A stretch of 64,000 nt of DNA from an uncultured delta proteobacterium (GTDB lineage: Bacteria > Desulfobacterota > BSN033 > UBA1163), in the NCBI GenBank assembly GCA_963820625.1, contig CAWGAV010000016.1:7047-71046 (forward strand), written 5' to 3'. The position numbers were made by a program, and so were the translations under genes. The notes beneath the pieces were generated by a model. The model saw only the letters and a list, made by a program, of their open reading frames with translations. It had not been told where the DNA came from and searched no databases. How positions within the stretch are numbered: the first letter of the stretch is position 1; every line of letters begins with the position of its first letter. Below are positions 1 to 9,482 of this stretch, piece after piece.

Positions 1-570
1 AGACACAATCGCAGAAGTGGAGCAGTTTGTTCCATGGGCGGTGTCCGGGACCAACACTTTTTTTCTCTTCTCTCCACGGGCCTGAAGACATGCCCTGACC
101 ATCATCATCCCAGCCAATTCACCGTGTGCCCCTGCTGCCGGCTGCAACGTTACATCATCCATTCCTGTGATTTCAGCAAGAAAGCCTTGTAATTCATGCA
201 TCAATTTCAGAATCCCTTGAGCGAGGTCTTCAGGAGTGTAAGGATGGATGTTAGAAAACCCGGTCATTCTTGCAATTTCTTCATTCACCTTTGGGTTATA
301 CTTCATCGTACAGGAACCCAACGGATAAAGTCCGCTATCCACTCCATAGTTCCATTGGGAAAGTCGGGTGAAGTGCCGCACCACATCGACCTCGCTCAAT
401 TGGGGAAATCCTTCCAGCTCCTTGCGCAAAAGACTGGAGGGAATAAAATTCTGAACCTTCACCTCCTCAACATCCCATCGAGGCAAAGAATATCCCTTTC
501 TTCCTTTCCCTCCCTGCTCAAAGATCAGAAGCTCATCTTGAATCAAACCAGAATCTTTTCTCTTTCCCAT
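1..570 (-). CDS. gcvPB: Glycine dehydrogenase (decarboxylating) subunit 2, 5' part (runs off window start)
   Basis: Manual translation from ATG 570: MGKRKDSGLIQDELLIFEQ...LSEVDVVRHFTRLSQWNYGVDSGLYPLGSCTMKYNPK...KVLVPDTAHGTN; directly downstream of gcvPA. Confidence 0.95.
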   Translation of the reverse strand, partial: MGKRKDSGLIQDELLIFEQGGKGRKGYSLPRWDVEEVKVQNFIPSSLLRKELEGFPQLSEVDVVRHFTRLSQWNYGVDSGLYPLGSCTMKYNPKVNEEIARMTGFSNIHPYTPEDLAQGILKLMHELQGFLAEITGMDDVTLQPAAGAHGELAGMMMVRACLQARGEKRKKVLVPDTAHGTNCSTSAIVS

Positions 571-590
571 CGCAACACCACTACATCAAT

Positions 591-664
591 GTAGCGCCCT
601 CATTTATTGGGGGCGAATTAGATTTCCCATACTATATCTCGTCGGCAATAAATGCCGACGCTAC
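591..664. repeat. Inverted pair of GTAG-type REP-like palindromes
   Basis: GTAGCGCCCTC-ATTTATT-GGGGGCG on + (591-) and GTAGCGTCGGCA-TTTAT-TGCCGACG on - (664-640). Confidence 0.7.
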
Positions 665-742
665 ATTTGATTTGCATTATTTGAACTTGATTCACCTTCG
701 GTTCATCACTTCGTGCGAGCTTTGAAATTTGACATTGATTTT

Positions 743-2092
743 TTAACCCAGTGCTTTCTCCAGTGCCTCTGCCCAACGATCGATCTCTTCCTTTTTATTC
801 ATCTCAGTCACTGTGACGAGGAGATGATGATCGAGTTCAGGATAAAGTTTTTTCAAGGAAAAGCCTCCCAAAATCTTCTCCTTCTTTAACTTTTCCAGAA
901 CCTCTTCAGGCTTCCTTCCAATCTGCAAAACGAATTCATTAAAAGTAGGCGCAGTAAAATTCAGTTTGCAACCACGAATTCGAGAAATAACCTTCTTTGC
1001 ATACTCCGTTTTGCTCAGGTTCATCAGGGCTAATTCTTTCAAACCTTCTTTTCCAAGGCAGGATAAAAAAACCGTTGCCATCAGGGCACAAAGTCCTTCA
1101 TTCGTACAAATATTGGAGGTGGCTCGCTCCCTCCTAATATGCTGCTCCCTGGTAGCAAGGGTGAGGACAAAACCTCTCTTCCCTTCCAAATCAATCGTCT
1201 CGCCAACCAACCGGCCAGGCATATTTCTGACAAATCTTTCAAGGGTAGTGAAGATACCAAGGTAAGGACCACCATAAGAAACAGGCATACCCAGGCTCTG
1301 ACCTTCGCCTGTAACGATATCGGCTCCCATTGCGCCAGGGGGTTGCAAAATTCCATAAGCGATGGCTTCACTGAACCCTACGATCATCAACCCTCCACAG
1401 TCGTGGATTCTTTCCCCAATGGGTTGGAGATCTTCAATGACACCAAAAAAGTTGGGGCTCTGAATTACCACTGCGCTCACATCTTCTTTGAGGAGATCAA
1501 ACAAGATCTTCTCGTCCGTTCGACCCTCATCCTTCTGATAAGGGATCAGAATGATCTCCTGTTGATCAGGGTCGATGTAAGTCTGAATCACCCTTCGATA
1601 TTCTGGATGGATTGCCTGTGAGAGAAGGACTTTCTTCCTTCTCGTGATCCGGTTTGCCATCAAGACAGCTTCTGCTAAACTTGAGGCCCCATCATAAAGC
1701 GATGCGTTTGAAACTTCCATCCCCGTCAATTGGCACATCAATGTCTGGTATTCGAAGATCGCTTGAAGTGTCCCTTGGCTGATCTCAGGCTGATAAGGAG
1801 TGTAGGCCGTGTAAAACTCGGAGCGGGAGACCAAGTTAGGAACAACAGCAGGAATGAAATGATAGTAAGCCCCTGCTCCGAGAAAACTGCTCATCATAGG
1901 AACCTGGAGCTCTTGGAAGTGGCGAAGTAGATCCGGTTCGGAAAGAGCTTCAGGAAGGTTCAGAGGTTTGGAAAGCCTGTATTCTTTGGGAATGGTCTGG
2001 AAGAGGTCCTCCAGCTTCTCGACGCCAATGGCGTCGAGCATCTTTCGGATATCTTCTTCGGTATGAGGGATGTAACGCATAAAGTCTTGCAT
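743..2092 (-). CDS. gcvPA: Glycine dehydrogenase (decarboxylating) subunit 1
   Basis: MRYIPHT, FLGAGAYYHFIP, YTPYQPEISQGTLQAIFEYQ, TREQHIRRERATSNICTN. Confidence 0.97.
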   Translation of the reverse strand: MQDFMRYIPHTEEDIRKMLDAIGVEKLEDLFQTIPKEYRLSKPLNLPEALSEPDLLRHFQELQVPMMSSFLGAGAYYHFIPAVVPNLVSRSEFYTAYTPYQPEISQGTLQAIFEYQTLMCQLTGMEVSNASLYDGASSLAEAVLMANRITRRKKVLLSQAIHPEYRRVIQTYIDPDQQEIILIPYQKDEGRTDEKILFDLLKEDVSAVVIQSPNFFGVIEDLQPIGERIHDCGGLMIVGFSEAIAYGILQPPGAMGADIVTGEGQSLGMPVSYGGPYLGIFTTLERFVRNMPGRLVGETIDLEGKRGFVLTLATREQHIRRERATSNICTNEGLCALMATVFLSCLGKEGLKELALMNLSKTEYAKKVISRIRGCKLNFTAPTFNEFVLQIGRKPEEVLEKLKKEKILGGFSLKKLYPELDHHLLVTVTEMNKKEEIDRWAEALEKALG

Positions 2093-2482
2093 CTACAATT
2101 CCTCGGGTAAAAACCCTTGATAGGCTTTGGAGGATAAGAGTCCTTTTAACTCCTCTCTGTCTCGAATCTCCATTTTAACCAACCATCCTTTCCCGTAAGG
2201 ATCTTCGTTGACGAATTGGGGATGATCCTTGAGGGTAAAATTTGCATCCATCACTTTACCTGTAATCGGGGAGTAGATATCAGCAACGGTCTTTACAGAT
2301 TCAACCACTCCTATGCTATCTCCCCTTTTAAACTCAGATCCGACTTCAGGGATATCCACATAGACGATATCCTTCAATTGGCTCTGAGCATAGTCCGTCA
2401 GTCCGATCGTCACCTGACTTCCTTCGTCTTTCACCCATTCATGGCTCTCTGTGTAAAGCAAATCCTCTGGAAATTTCATCAC
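2093..2482 (-). CDS. gcvH: Glycine cleavage system H protein
   Basis: YTESHEWV, GLTDYAQ, lipoyl motif VESVKTVADIYSP, NEDPYGKGW. Confidence 0.97.
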   Translation of the reverse strand: MMKFPEDLLYTESHEWVKDEGSQVTIGLTDYAQSQLKDIVYVDIPEVGSEFKRGDSIGVVESVKTVADIYSPITGKVMDANFTLKDHPQFVNEDPYGKGWLVKMEIRDREELKGLLSSKAYQGFLPEEL

Positions 2483-2508
2483 GCCCCCCTTTTAAGCATT
2501 ATAATCCT

Positions 2509-2925
2509 TTATCTCAATTTTTCTAAAGGAATATTGATGACCGTTTCGAGGATAGAGATATGCTTCAGCTCGCCCTTGATCATGATCATATGTTTAGAAG
2601 TCTTAGGGGGCATCCTTCCCCCCGTTAAAGCTGTTTCGATGATCATTTCTTTGGTAACGGTTTCCCCCTCCCTGTGAGGAAGTACCTCGATCTCCGGCGA
2701 TTGGTAGTCGAAAAGAATGACAGGGATCCTTTTACACCCTATTTTTTTTAAAGCATGAAGACGATGATGTCCGTCTAAAATGATGAATGTATTTTTATCC
2801 ACAGCGATGGGCATTTTAAGGATTCCATCGAATAGGATCTCATTTTTCAATTCCTCCAAGTAATCGGGCCGAATCTCCTCGTGTTCTTTTAATGCTTCTA
2901 TTTCGATGAAAACAATATCACCCAC
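2509..2925 (-). CDS. Compact ParB/Sulfiredoxin-fold protein with SerK/SbnI (free serine kinase)-like motifs
   Basis: KEHEE, IILDGHHR and C-terminal MPPKTSKH...NIPLEKL motifs; GTG start; first gene after the glycine riboswitch. Confidence 0.75.
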   Translation of the reverse strand: MGDIVFIEIEALKEHEEIRPDYLEELKNEILFDGILKMPIAVDKNTFIILDGHHRLHALKKIGCKRIPVILFDYQSPEIEVLPHREGETVTKEMIIETALTGGRMPPKTSKHMIMIKGELKHISILETVINIPLEKLR

Positions 2926-3032
2926 TTCTGCAAGCTCAACCGTTTCGAAGGTTTAAATCTATGAGTCTTTAAGAAAGCTTTCCTTTTTCCCATGATCAAC
3001 CGACCACTTTTTCTTCTATTTCATTTCCACCT

Positions 3033-3077
3033 AAAATAAAAGGAGGAAGGACGATTGAATTCATATCGCCTTCCTCC
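3033..3077 (-). terminator. Intrinsic terminator, expression platform of the glycine riboswitch
   Basis: AGGAGGAAGG...CCTTCCTCCT stem followed by TTTATTTT on - strand; overlaps the aptamer-2 P1 3' strand. Confidence 0.8.
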
Positions 3078-3298
3078 TGTCTTTTGACCTGAGAGATTAT
3101 CCCTTAATAATCGGGGTTTTTCCCCTTCGGTGTCTAACCCTTCGACTGAAGCTCAGGGTTTACTTTGAGCAAAAGTCAGAGGTTCAGATCTTTCCAGGAT
3201 TTAATCAAGTTACAGTCCTTTTGCCTGAGAGTTTCGTCCCGATCTTCTCTGGATTTGCCCCTTCGGCGCCCCTTTTGATAAGGGGTCTCTCCTGTAAC
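3075..3298 (-). ncRNA. Tandem glycine riboswitch
   Basis: Aptamer 1 (3298-3209): GGAGAGAC..CGCCGAAGGGGCAA..AAACTCTCAGGCAAAAGGAC. Aptamer 2 (3199-3075): GGAAAGATC..CACCGAAGGGG..AATCTCTCAGGTCAAAAGACAGGA. Upstream of gcv genes. Confidence 0.93.
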
Positions 3299-3525
3299 TA
3301 AAAAAATTTTCTAACAATTGTAAGGTGATGTCAAGAGAAATCTGGGAGACACTTATGTAAACAATCTTGTTTGAGAAGAGAGGGTCATCTTTTTATTGCT
3401 TGTAATCAATTTCCCTCTTACATCCGGCATAGCTTCATGATGATAAACATTGTAGTTTCTTAACCCGCGCAGGAGTTCCTATTTTGAAAATGTCATCCTT
3501 AGAAGTCAGCGCTTACAGATTTCCA

Positions 3526-4614
3526 TTATTGACTTGCCCCACGAGCATAAATCTCAGCCACAGATTCCACGTAATCGTTACGGATAATAATATAACGATC
3601 ATGGAGGGGGATCGTTGTACAGCCATGACTTGGAATCAATTCGATTTTATCCCCGACGGATAGATCATGGTCCGGGTTTTCTATTCTCAGGTGGCCGTGT
3701 TCCTCATTCAGTCTGGAGACAGTGATCCCAGCCTCTCTACAGACAGGGAGCCCTTCATCTGTTGAAAGAGACTTCATTCCGGCATCGGTTACAGCCCTTT
3801 CTTTCTCGGGTCGACTGATGACCGTCGTCAAAACTGTGATGGTCTGCTCAAAATCGAGCCCATAAAACTTATTATGACTGTCCATGGTGACGTAGGAGCC
3901 GACCTGGATGTCCGTAATTCCGGAATAAAGGCCTGTAAGGTTAAACGTATTTGATCCACCGGCTGTGACAATTTCGACAGAAAAACCGTTCTTTTCAATG
4001 AGGCCCTTTGTCTCCACCAATAATTTATTGCATTCGGTGCACTTCTTCTTCTTCGCTTCGATGTCATTGATAAATAAACCACCTTCATAACCCATTAAGC
4101 CCCAAAAGACTAAATTCTTTAGTTCCATTATTTTTTGTACAAATTCTAATGCTGGTTTCCCAGGCCTGACCCCGCACCGATTCAATCCGACATTAATCTC
4201 TACAAGGACATCCATCTTCCCACCGATCTTTCCCGCCGCTTCAGAAATATTCCTTGCGTTTTCAAAATTATCAACACATACGATGAGGTTTCCATAATTG
4301 GAAAGATTAACCAGTCTCTGAATTTTTCCATTCCCTACAATTTCATTCGCGATCAAAACATTCTTAATCCCTGCCTCGAGAAATATCTTCGCCTCCCCGA
4401 GTTTGGCGCAAGTAACCCCAATGGCCCCTGCCTCGATCTGTTTATGGGCAATCATGGGGAGCTTATGCGTTTTGATATGGGGCCTGAGTTTGCAGGGTTT
4501 GTCAGAAAAGAAACTTGCCATCCTGGCGATATTTCTTTCCACAGCATCCATGTAAAGTAAAAGGGCAGGCGTATCCACTTCAGTCTTATGTCGGCCAATG
4601 ATGTTCTCCAACAT
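3526..4614 (-). CDS. DSD1 / D-threonine aldolase family PLP enzyme (fold type III)
   Basis: DTPALLL, LRPHIKTHK (PLP Lys), RCGV, DAGMKSLS, LNEEHG, PSHGCTT. Confidence 0.85.
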   Translation of the reverse strand: MLENIIGRHKTEVDTPALLLYMDAVERNIARMASFFSDKPCKLRPHIKTHKLPMIAHKQIEAGAIGVTCAKLGEAKIFLEAGIKNVLIANEIVGNGKIQRLVNLSNYGNLIVCVDNFENARNISEAAGKIGGKMDVLVEINVGLNRCGVRPGKPALEFVQKIMELKNLVFWGLMGYEGGLFINDIEAKKKKCTECNKLLVETKGLIEKNGFSVEIVTAGGSNTFNLTGLYSGITDIQVGSYVTMDSHNKFYGLDFEQTITVLTTVISRPEKERAVTDAGMKSLSTDEGLPVCREAGITVSRLNEEHGHLRIENPDHDLSVGDKIELIPSHGCTTIPLHDRYIIIRNDYVESVAEIYARGASQ

Positions 4615-4649
4615 GGGCTTTTCCTCCGTTCCTTAATTAAAATTAAGCG

Positions 4650-4681
4650 AAAAGGGCAGGGTATCAAGCCCTGCCCTTTTT
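4650..4681. terminator. Hairpin terminator between the substrate-binding gene and the DSD1-family gene
   Basis: AAAAGGGCAGGG-tatcaag-CCCTGCCCTTTT 12-bp stem with T tracts on both strands. Confidence 0.6.
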
Positions 4682-4733
4682 ATCTTTCGAATGGGGTTCG
4701 ATTTTTCTTCATCGGAGTTCAAGAAATCTCTCC

Positions 4734-6032
4734 TCATTCCTCTTTTTTAAGCCTTTCTTCCCACGTTGGAGCCGGCCAAATCGGTTTAGCACTTCTCATA
4801 TTCAACGGCCAAACAATTTCATGACGGCCTTTCTGACGTTGCTGTATCACAGCCGAAGCCAGGATGTTTTCACCCGTTGAATCAAATTTGACCCCTTTCC
4901 ATGGGACGATTACCTGATCTTGATTTAAGTTGGTCTCCGAAAGGGCCTTGATGATGGCCTTAGGATCCGTTGATCTAGCGCGGTTGATAGCATCACCAAG
5001 AACCAATAGGGCTTGAAGAGCACGAGCGCCGAGGTCGCTCATCCGTAAGTCTTGGCCAGTTCTCTTCACTCTCTGCTTAAACATTTCGTTTACTTGCTGC
5101 ATTTTTGGCTGGGTTTCGACAAGCCGCGGCGGGAAGATCCCTGGAGAAAAGATATAGTCTGAATCTCTGCCAGTAGCATTTAAAAAATCTGATAGGTTAT
5201 AAGAGTCCGGGTAGGCCATAAACACTTTCGCATCTACCCGATATTTTGCAAATGCCTTTTGTAAAAGGATGGCATTCCCTGAATAATGATGAAGCAGAAG
5301 AATTTCAGGCTGCATGGACTTTATTTTGAGAACATCCGATGTAACATCAGTTACCCTATCTTGAGTGGCAACAGCCCCTATAACTTTATAGCCTCGTGCT
5401 AATGCTTGTTCTGTGCCAGCCTTGGCAAAATCATTGCCCTGAAAAGAAGTATCATGTGAAAAGACACACCTCTCATATTTTGTACCAAATTCCTTTTGAC
5501 ATTCATCAATCATATCATGTGCATTCCTTACATAGGCCGTATTGATGGGCGTTGTCCGGAATACGACTTTGTAACCTTTCTTGCATATATCCGGGTTTAT
5601 GGCGTCAGCAACAACAAAAGGGACTCCATACCTTTCCGCTACTGGGATGGCCGTTATGGCTACTGCACTCTGATAACAACCTATAACGGCCACCACCTTT
5701 TCAACGGTGATCAATCGCTCTGTTTCCGCCCGGCCGATTTCAGGTTTTCCTTCGGTATCTCCCCATACAATTTCAATTTTGGCTCCTCCCAGATTCGGGA
5801 GTCCCTCGGTTTCGGCCAAGGGGATCCCTTTAAGATCTGTCTTGTTGTTGATGATGTCTTTGGCTAACTCAACCGCAGCCCTTGCCTCCTGGCCTTCACG
5901 TGAAACAGGTCCACTCAATGGCCAGATCGCTCCAATCCTAATCGTTTTTTCCGCTCCTTGAGCAGGAAACGACCCCAAAAGAACAAAACACACTAGAAAT
6001 AAACTGATAAAAATTTTCCTTTTCATAATCAT
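4734..6032 (-). CDS. Branched-chain amino acid ABC transporter substrate-binding protein (LivJ/K-like)
   Basis: Signal peptide; IRIGAIWPLSG, GAKIEIVWGDTEG, VIGCYQS; in an operon with livHMGF-like genes. Confidence 0.9.
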   Translation of the reverse strand: MIMKRKIFISLFLVCFVLLGSFPAQGAEKTIRIGAIWPLSGPVSREGQEARAAVELAKDIINNKTDLKGIPLAETEGLPNLGGAKIEIVWGDTEGKPEIGRAETERLITVEKVVAVIGCYQSAVAITAIPVAERYGVPFVVADAINPDICKKGYKVVFRTTPINTAYVRNAHDMIDECQKEFGTKYERCVFSHDTSFQGNDFAKAGTEQALARGYKVIGAVATQDRVTDVTSDVLKIKSMQPEILLLHHYSGNAILLQKAFAKYRVDAKVFMAYPDSYNLSDFLNATGRDSDYIFSPGIFPPRLVETQPKMQQVNEMFKQRVKRTGQDLRMSDLGARALQALLVLGDAINRARSTDPKAIIKALSETNLNQDQVIVPWKGVKFDSTGENILASAVIQQRQKGRHEIVWPLNMRSAKPIWPAPTWEERLKKEE

Positions 6033-6082
6033 GTCCTCCTTTCTTTTGGATTTTTATATGAAACGCTCGGTCATTTTATCTC

Positions 6083-6808
6083 CTATTCACCGCCAAGGTA
6101 GAGTTTGATGACCTCCGGATTGTTTTGAATTTCCTGTGTGGGACCCTCCATTCTGTTCTTCCCATTTTCAAGCACATATGCCCGGTGCGATATGGATAAT
6201 GCACTTTTTGCATTCTGTTCGACAATCATCATTGTGATTTGAAGTTGCTCATTGATCTCCTTAATCTTCTGGAAAATAGTGCGGACAATGGTAGGGGCCA
6301 AACCCAGAGTGGGTTCGTCCAAAAGAAGAAGTTCAGGCCTTTGGATCAGAGCTCGAGCGATTTCGAGCATTCGTTGCTGGCCTCCGCTCATCGTGCCCGC
6401 CAATTCATTCTTCTTTTCTGCAAGAACAGGAAACATCTCCAGAGCTGTATTAATATCCTTTTTTATCTGAACTTTGTCTTTTCGTGTAAAGGCCCCCATT
6501 TCAAGATTTTCTATCACCTTCATCCTTTGAAAAATGCTATGGTGCTGAAACACATACACGATCCCCTTTTTCATGATCTCTACCACATTCAGATAGGTAA
6601 TATCATCCTTTTTGAAGTAGACCGAACCCTTTCGAGGATGTAAGAAGCCAGTGGCTGACTTAAAAACCGTTGATTTTCCTGCCCCGTTCGGCCCAATGAT
6701 ACAGATACATTCCCCTTTATCGACTTCAAAGGAGACGCCTTTTAGGACATCAAACTTTCCATATGTAGAAAAAATATTGTCTATTTTAAAGAATGAATTA
6801 GTATCCAA
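6083..6808 (-). CDS. livF: Branched-chain amino acid ABC ATPase
   Basis: GPNGAGKST, MSGGQQRMLEIARAL, LLLDEPTLGLAP. Confidence 0.9.
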   Translation of the reverse strand: MDTNSFFKIDNIFSTYGKFDVLKGVSFEVDKGECICIIGPNGAGKSTVFKSATGFLHPRKGSVYFKKDDITYLNVVEIMKKGIVYVFQHHSIFQRMKVIENLEMGAFTRKDKVQIKKDINTALEMFPVLAEKKNELAGTMSGGQQRMLEIARALIQRPELLLLDEPTLGLAPTIVRTIFQKIKEINEQLQITMMIVEQNAKSALSISHRAYVLENGKNRMEGPTQEIQNNPEVIKLYLGGE

Positions 6809-7535
6809 AGTAGGCCTCGATCACTTTTCCATCACATTGCACCTCGGTACTGGTCCCCTCACATATCTTTTTACCATGGTCCAGGACATAAACACGCTCG
6901 CACAGATTCATCACCACCTTCATATTGTGCTCGATGATGAACATGGTCTTTCCCTGATCATGAAGTTTCCTGATCAATGACATGATTTTATTGATCATGA
7001 CAGGATTGACGCCCGAGGTCGGCTCATCGAGAAGAATCAATTCAGGGTCTGGTATGAGGATCATGGCAAACTCAAGAAGTTTCTGCTGCCCATACGAAAC
7101 CTCCCCTGCCAATTCGTTTCGCAATCTTGTCAGACCAACAAATTCAAGCCAATAGTCTACCAGGTCACATAAGAGTTGATCAAAACTTTTCGTTGGCGTC
7201 CGAAGGAAGTTCTCCCCAAGATGATTCCGGGCCAATACCATATTTTGGAACAAGGTTAAATCATGGAAGACCCGGGCAAGCTGAAAAGTTCTGGCAATCC
7301 CTTTTTGGGCAATTTTGTAAGGGGAGAGGCCAATTATGTCTTCATTTTTAAACACGATTTCCCCTTTATCGGCTTGGTAAAGACCTGTGACACAATTAAA
7401 AAGAGTTGTCTTTCCTGATCCATTTGGACCGATCAAACCCACGATTTCCCCTTGTTTCACGGTAATATTCACTTCATCAACGGCTATTAAGCCACCGAAA
7501 CTCTTTGTCAATCCATGGATACTCAGGACACTCAT
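6798..7535 (-). CDS. livG: Branched-chain amino acid ABC ATPase
   Basis: GPNGSGKTT, GIARTFQ, SYGQQKLLE, LDEPTSGVNP, C-terminal VIEAYFG. Confidence 0.9.
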   Translation of the reverse strand: MSVLSIHGLTKSFGGLIAVDEVNITVKQGEIVGLIGPNGSGKTTLFNCVTGLYQADKGEIVFKNEDIIGLSPYKIAQKGIARTFQLARVFHDLTLFQNMVLARNHLGENFLRTPTKSFDQLLCDLVDYWLEFVGLTRLRNELAGEVSYGQQKLLEFAMILIPDPELILLDEPTSGVNPVMINKIMSLIRKLHDQGKTMFIIEHNMKVVMNLCERVYVLDHGKKICEGTSTEVQCDGKVIEAYFGY

Positions 7536-7541
7536 GACTTA

Positions 7542-8558
7542 TTACCTTCTCCGAAAAGTGGGCCCGAGTTCATCCTCATATAACTTGAAGGTCTTCCCGA
7601 ATCTCCTTTTAACAATCCCAATCAGCCCCCTGGGCTCATAGAGAGCTAATAGAACGATAACAAAACCGTAAATCAAGATGTGAACTCCTCTCCCTCCTCC
7701 TCCAAAAGCCGTACGCGCGTATTCGGCTAAAGGGATTAGAAGGGTTGCGCCCAAAATTGGCCCCAATACCGTTCCCATCCCACCCACCATGGGTATGATG
7801 ATAATAAGAAGAGCAAACTCTAAATTGAGCAGGCTATCAGGATCAATATAAAGAATGTATTGAGCATAAAATGTACCAGCAAATGAAGTGATCACAGCAC
7901 TGATGACAAAGGCAAGCAATTTATACCTTCGAGAATCAATCCCAAGGCTTTTGGCCCTTTCCTCATCCTCTTTAATGGCCTTTAAATAAACCCCAAGGGT
8001 GGATTTATCTATCTTCCAAAGAAAGGCTACCACCAAAACGGCCATCGTTAATATGATATAAAAATAAGGTTCCTTATTTGCCCACTGCACATAATAGGTG
8101 GAATGTCCCAGAATAGGAATTTGGAAACCGAAGGCTCGATTCACGAAGTTCCAGTTCAGAAATATGATATAGGTAATTTCTGCGAGCCCGAGGGTTCCAA
8201 TAGCAAAATAATGTCCTCTAAGATCAAAAAAGATCTGCCCGATAAAAATGGCCGCAATCGAAGCCAAGATAGCACCCGGTATCACACCTATCCAAGGAGG
8301 CAGACCAACTTTTAACAACAACATGGTCGATGTATAGGCCCCGAGAGTAAAAAAGATGTGATTCCCCAAAGAGATCTGCCCTGAATATCCTCCAAGGATG
8401 TTCCAGGCCTGACCGAGCACCACATACATGAGCAAAATAATCATGACATGCCTAGGATGAGGGTCGGTAAAAATCCAGGGATACGAAACTAAAAAACCCA
8501 ATAGTAAAATTATGCCCCAAATTTTATAACCCCTTATTTTCTCAAGTACTCTTTCCAT
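7542..8558 (-). CDS. livM: Branched-chain amino acid ABC permease
   Basis: WNILGGYSGQISLG, LRGHYFAIGTL, GGMGTVLGPILG; hydrophobic. Confidence 0.9.
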   Translation of the reverse strand: MERVLEKIRGYKIWGIILLLGFLVSYPWIFTDPHPRHVMIILLMYVVLGQAWNILGGYSGQISLGNHIFFTLGAYTSTMLLLKVGLPPWIGVIPGAILASIAAIFIGQIFFDLRGHYFAIGTLGLAEITYIIFLNWNFVNRAFGFQIPILGHSTYYVQWANKEPYFYIILTMAVLVVAFLWKIDKSTLGVYLKAIKEDEERAKSLGIDSRRYKLLAFVISAVITSFAGTFYAQYILYIDPDSLLNLEFALLIIIIPMVGGMGTVLGPILGATLLIPLAEYARTAFGGGGRGVHILIYGFVIVLLALYEPRGLIGIVKRRFGKTFKLYEDELGPTFRRR

Positions 8559-8583
8559 CCCACAATCCCATAATGCAATGACA

Positions 8584-9453
8584 TTAAAATTTTCCGAAAA
8601 GGCCTTTAGGTCTGTATATTAAAATAAATATGAATGTCGCATACACGAAAACCATTTTAAATGTTGGAACGAAGACCGTGCCCAATACGTTCTCAATGAC
8701 GCCAATCATCATTCCTCCGAGGTAGACTCCCCAGAAACTCCCAAAGCCTCCCAAGGCAACGGAGATATAGGAAATCAGGGTAAACATCCAGCCCGAATAT
8801 ATGTGTACTGGGTAGTATGTGGCCAGAAGCACACCTCCGAGTCCAACACACATAATTCCGATTCCCCATCCTATGGCGTTGACCTTGTCCGTATAAATCC
8901 CCATCTCCATTGCTGCCTCTTTATTCTGAGAGGTTGCCTGGATGGCTTTTCCAAGTTTTGTCCTTTTGATGAATAAGAATAAAAGAGCAGTTGCTGCAAA
9001 ACTTCCGAAAAATGCTACCAGTTCGGCCTTGGTAATATAAATATTACCAATATCCAGAATCCCTGACAGCAGATTGTCATTTACTTTTCTAACATCAGCA
9101 CTCCAGAAGAAATAGGCCCCGTAACGTAAGAACAGGCCTAAACCAAAAGTACTGAACATCTGTGCTACCATGGGGGCATCGAGGATCCGGCGAATAACAA
9201 CTTTGTAAGTCGCTGCTCCAGCGAAAAACCAAATAAACAACACAAAAGGTAGGGTGACCAAAGGATCCCATCCCAGAAGGTAATTTGCCCAAAAAGTCGC
9301 ATACATCGCCAGCATGAGATAATCTCCATGGGCAAAATTGACGATGTTCATAAGTCCGAAGATAAGGGAGAGACCCACAGCCACCAGGGCATAGATCCCT
9401 CCTATCAACAACCCGCTGATGCTTGACTGAAGAAGAAGTTGAAAGGATATCAT
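8584..9453 (-). CDS. livH: Branched-chain amino acid ABC permease
   Basis: YALVAVGLSLIFG..IVNFAHG, LGGFGS; hydrophobic. Confidence 0.9.
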   Translation of the reverse strand: MISFQLLLQSSISGLLIGGIYALVAVGLSLIFGLMNIVNFAHGDYLMLAMYATFWANYLLGWDPLVTLPFVLFIWFFAGAATYKVVIRRILDAPMVAQMFSTFGLGLFLRYGAYFFWSADVRKVNDNLLSGILDIGNIYITKAELVAFFGSFAATALLFLFIKRTKLGKAIQATSQNKEAAMEMGIYTDKVNAIGWGIGIMCVGLGGVLLATYYPVHIYSGWMFTLISYISVALGGFGSFWGVYLGGMMIGVIENVLGTVFVPTFKMVFVYATFIFILIYRPKGLFGKF

Positions 9454-9482
9454 TTCTTATTCTATTAACAGGTTTTCCCATT

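Noticed and set aside
196-594. 132-aa + strand ORF, and the many other antisense ORFs in the track (e.g. 1139-1621, 13184-13948, 14505-15116)
   Set aside because: Shadows of well-supported genes on the opposite strand; no motifs of their own.
2950-2960. TTTAAAC as a programmed -1 frameshift site in the upstream ORF
   Set aside because: The heptamer is in the wrong phase (TTT AAA C rather than T TTA AAC), and the -1 frame has TAA there.
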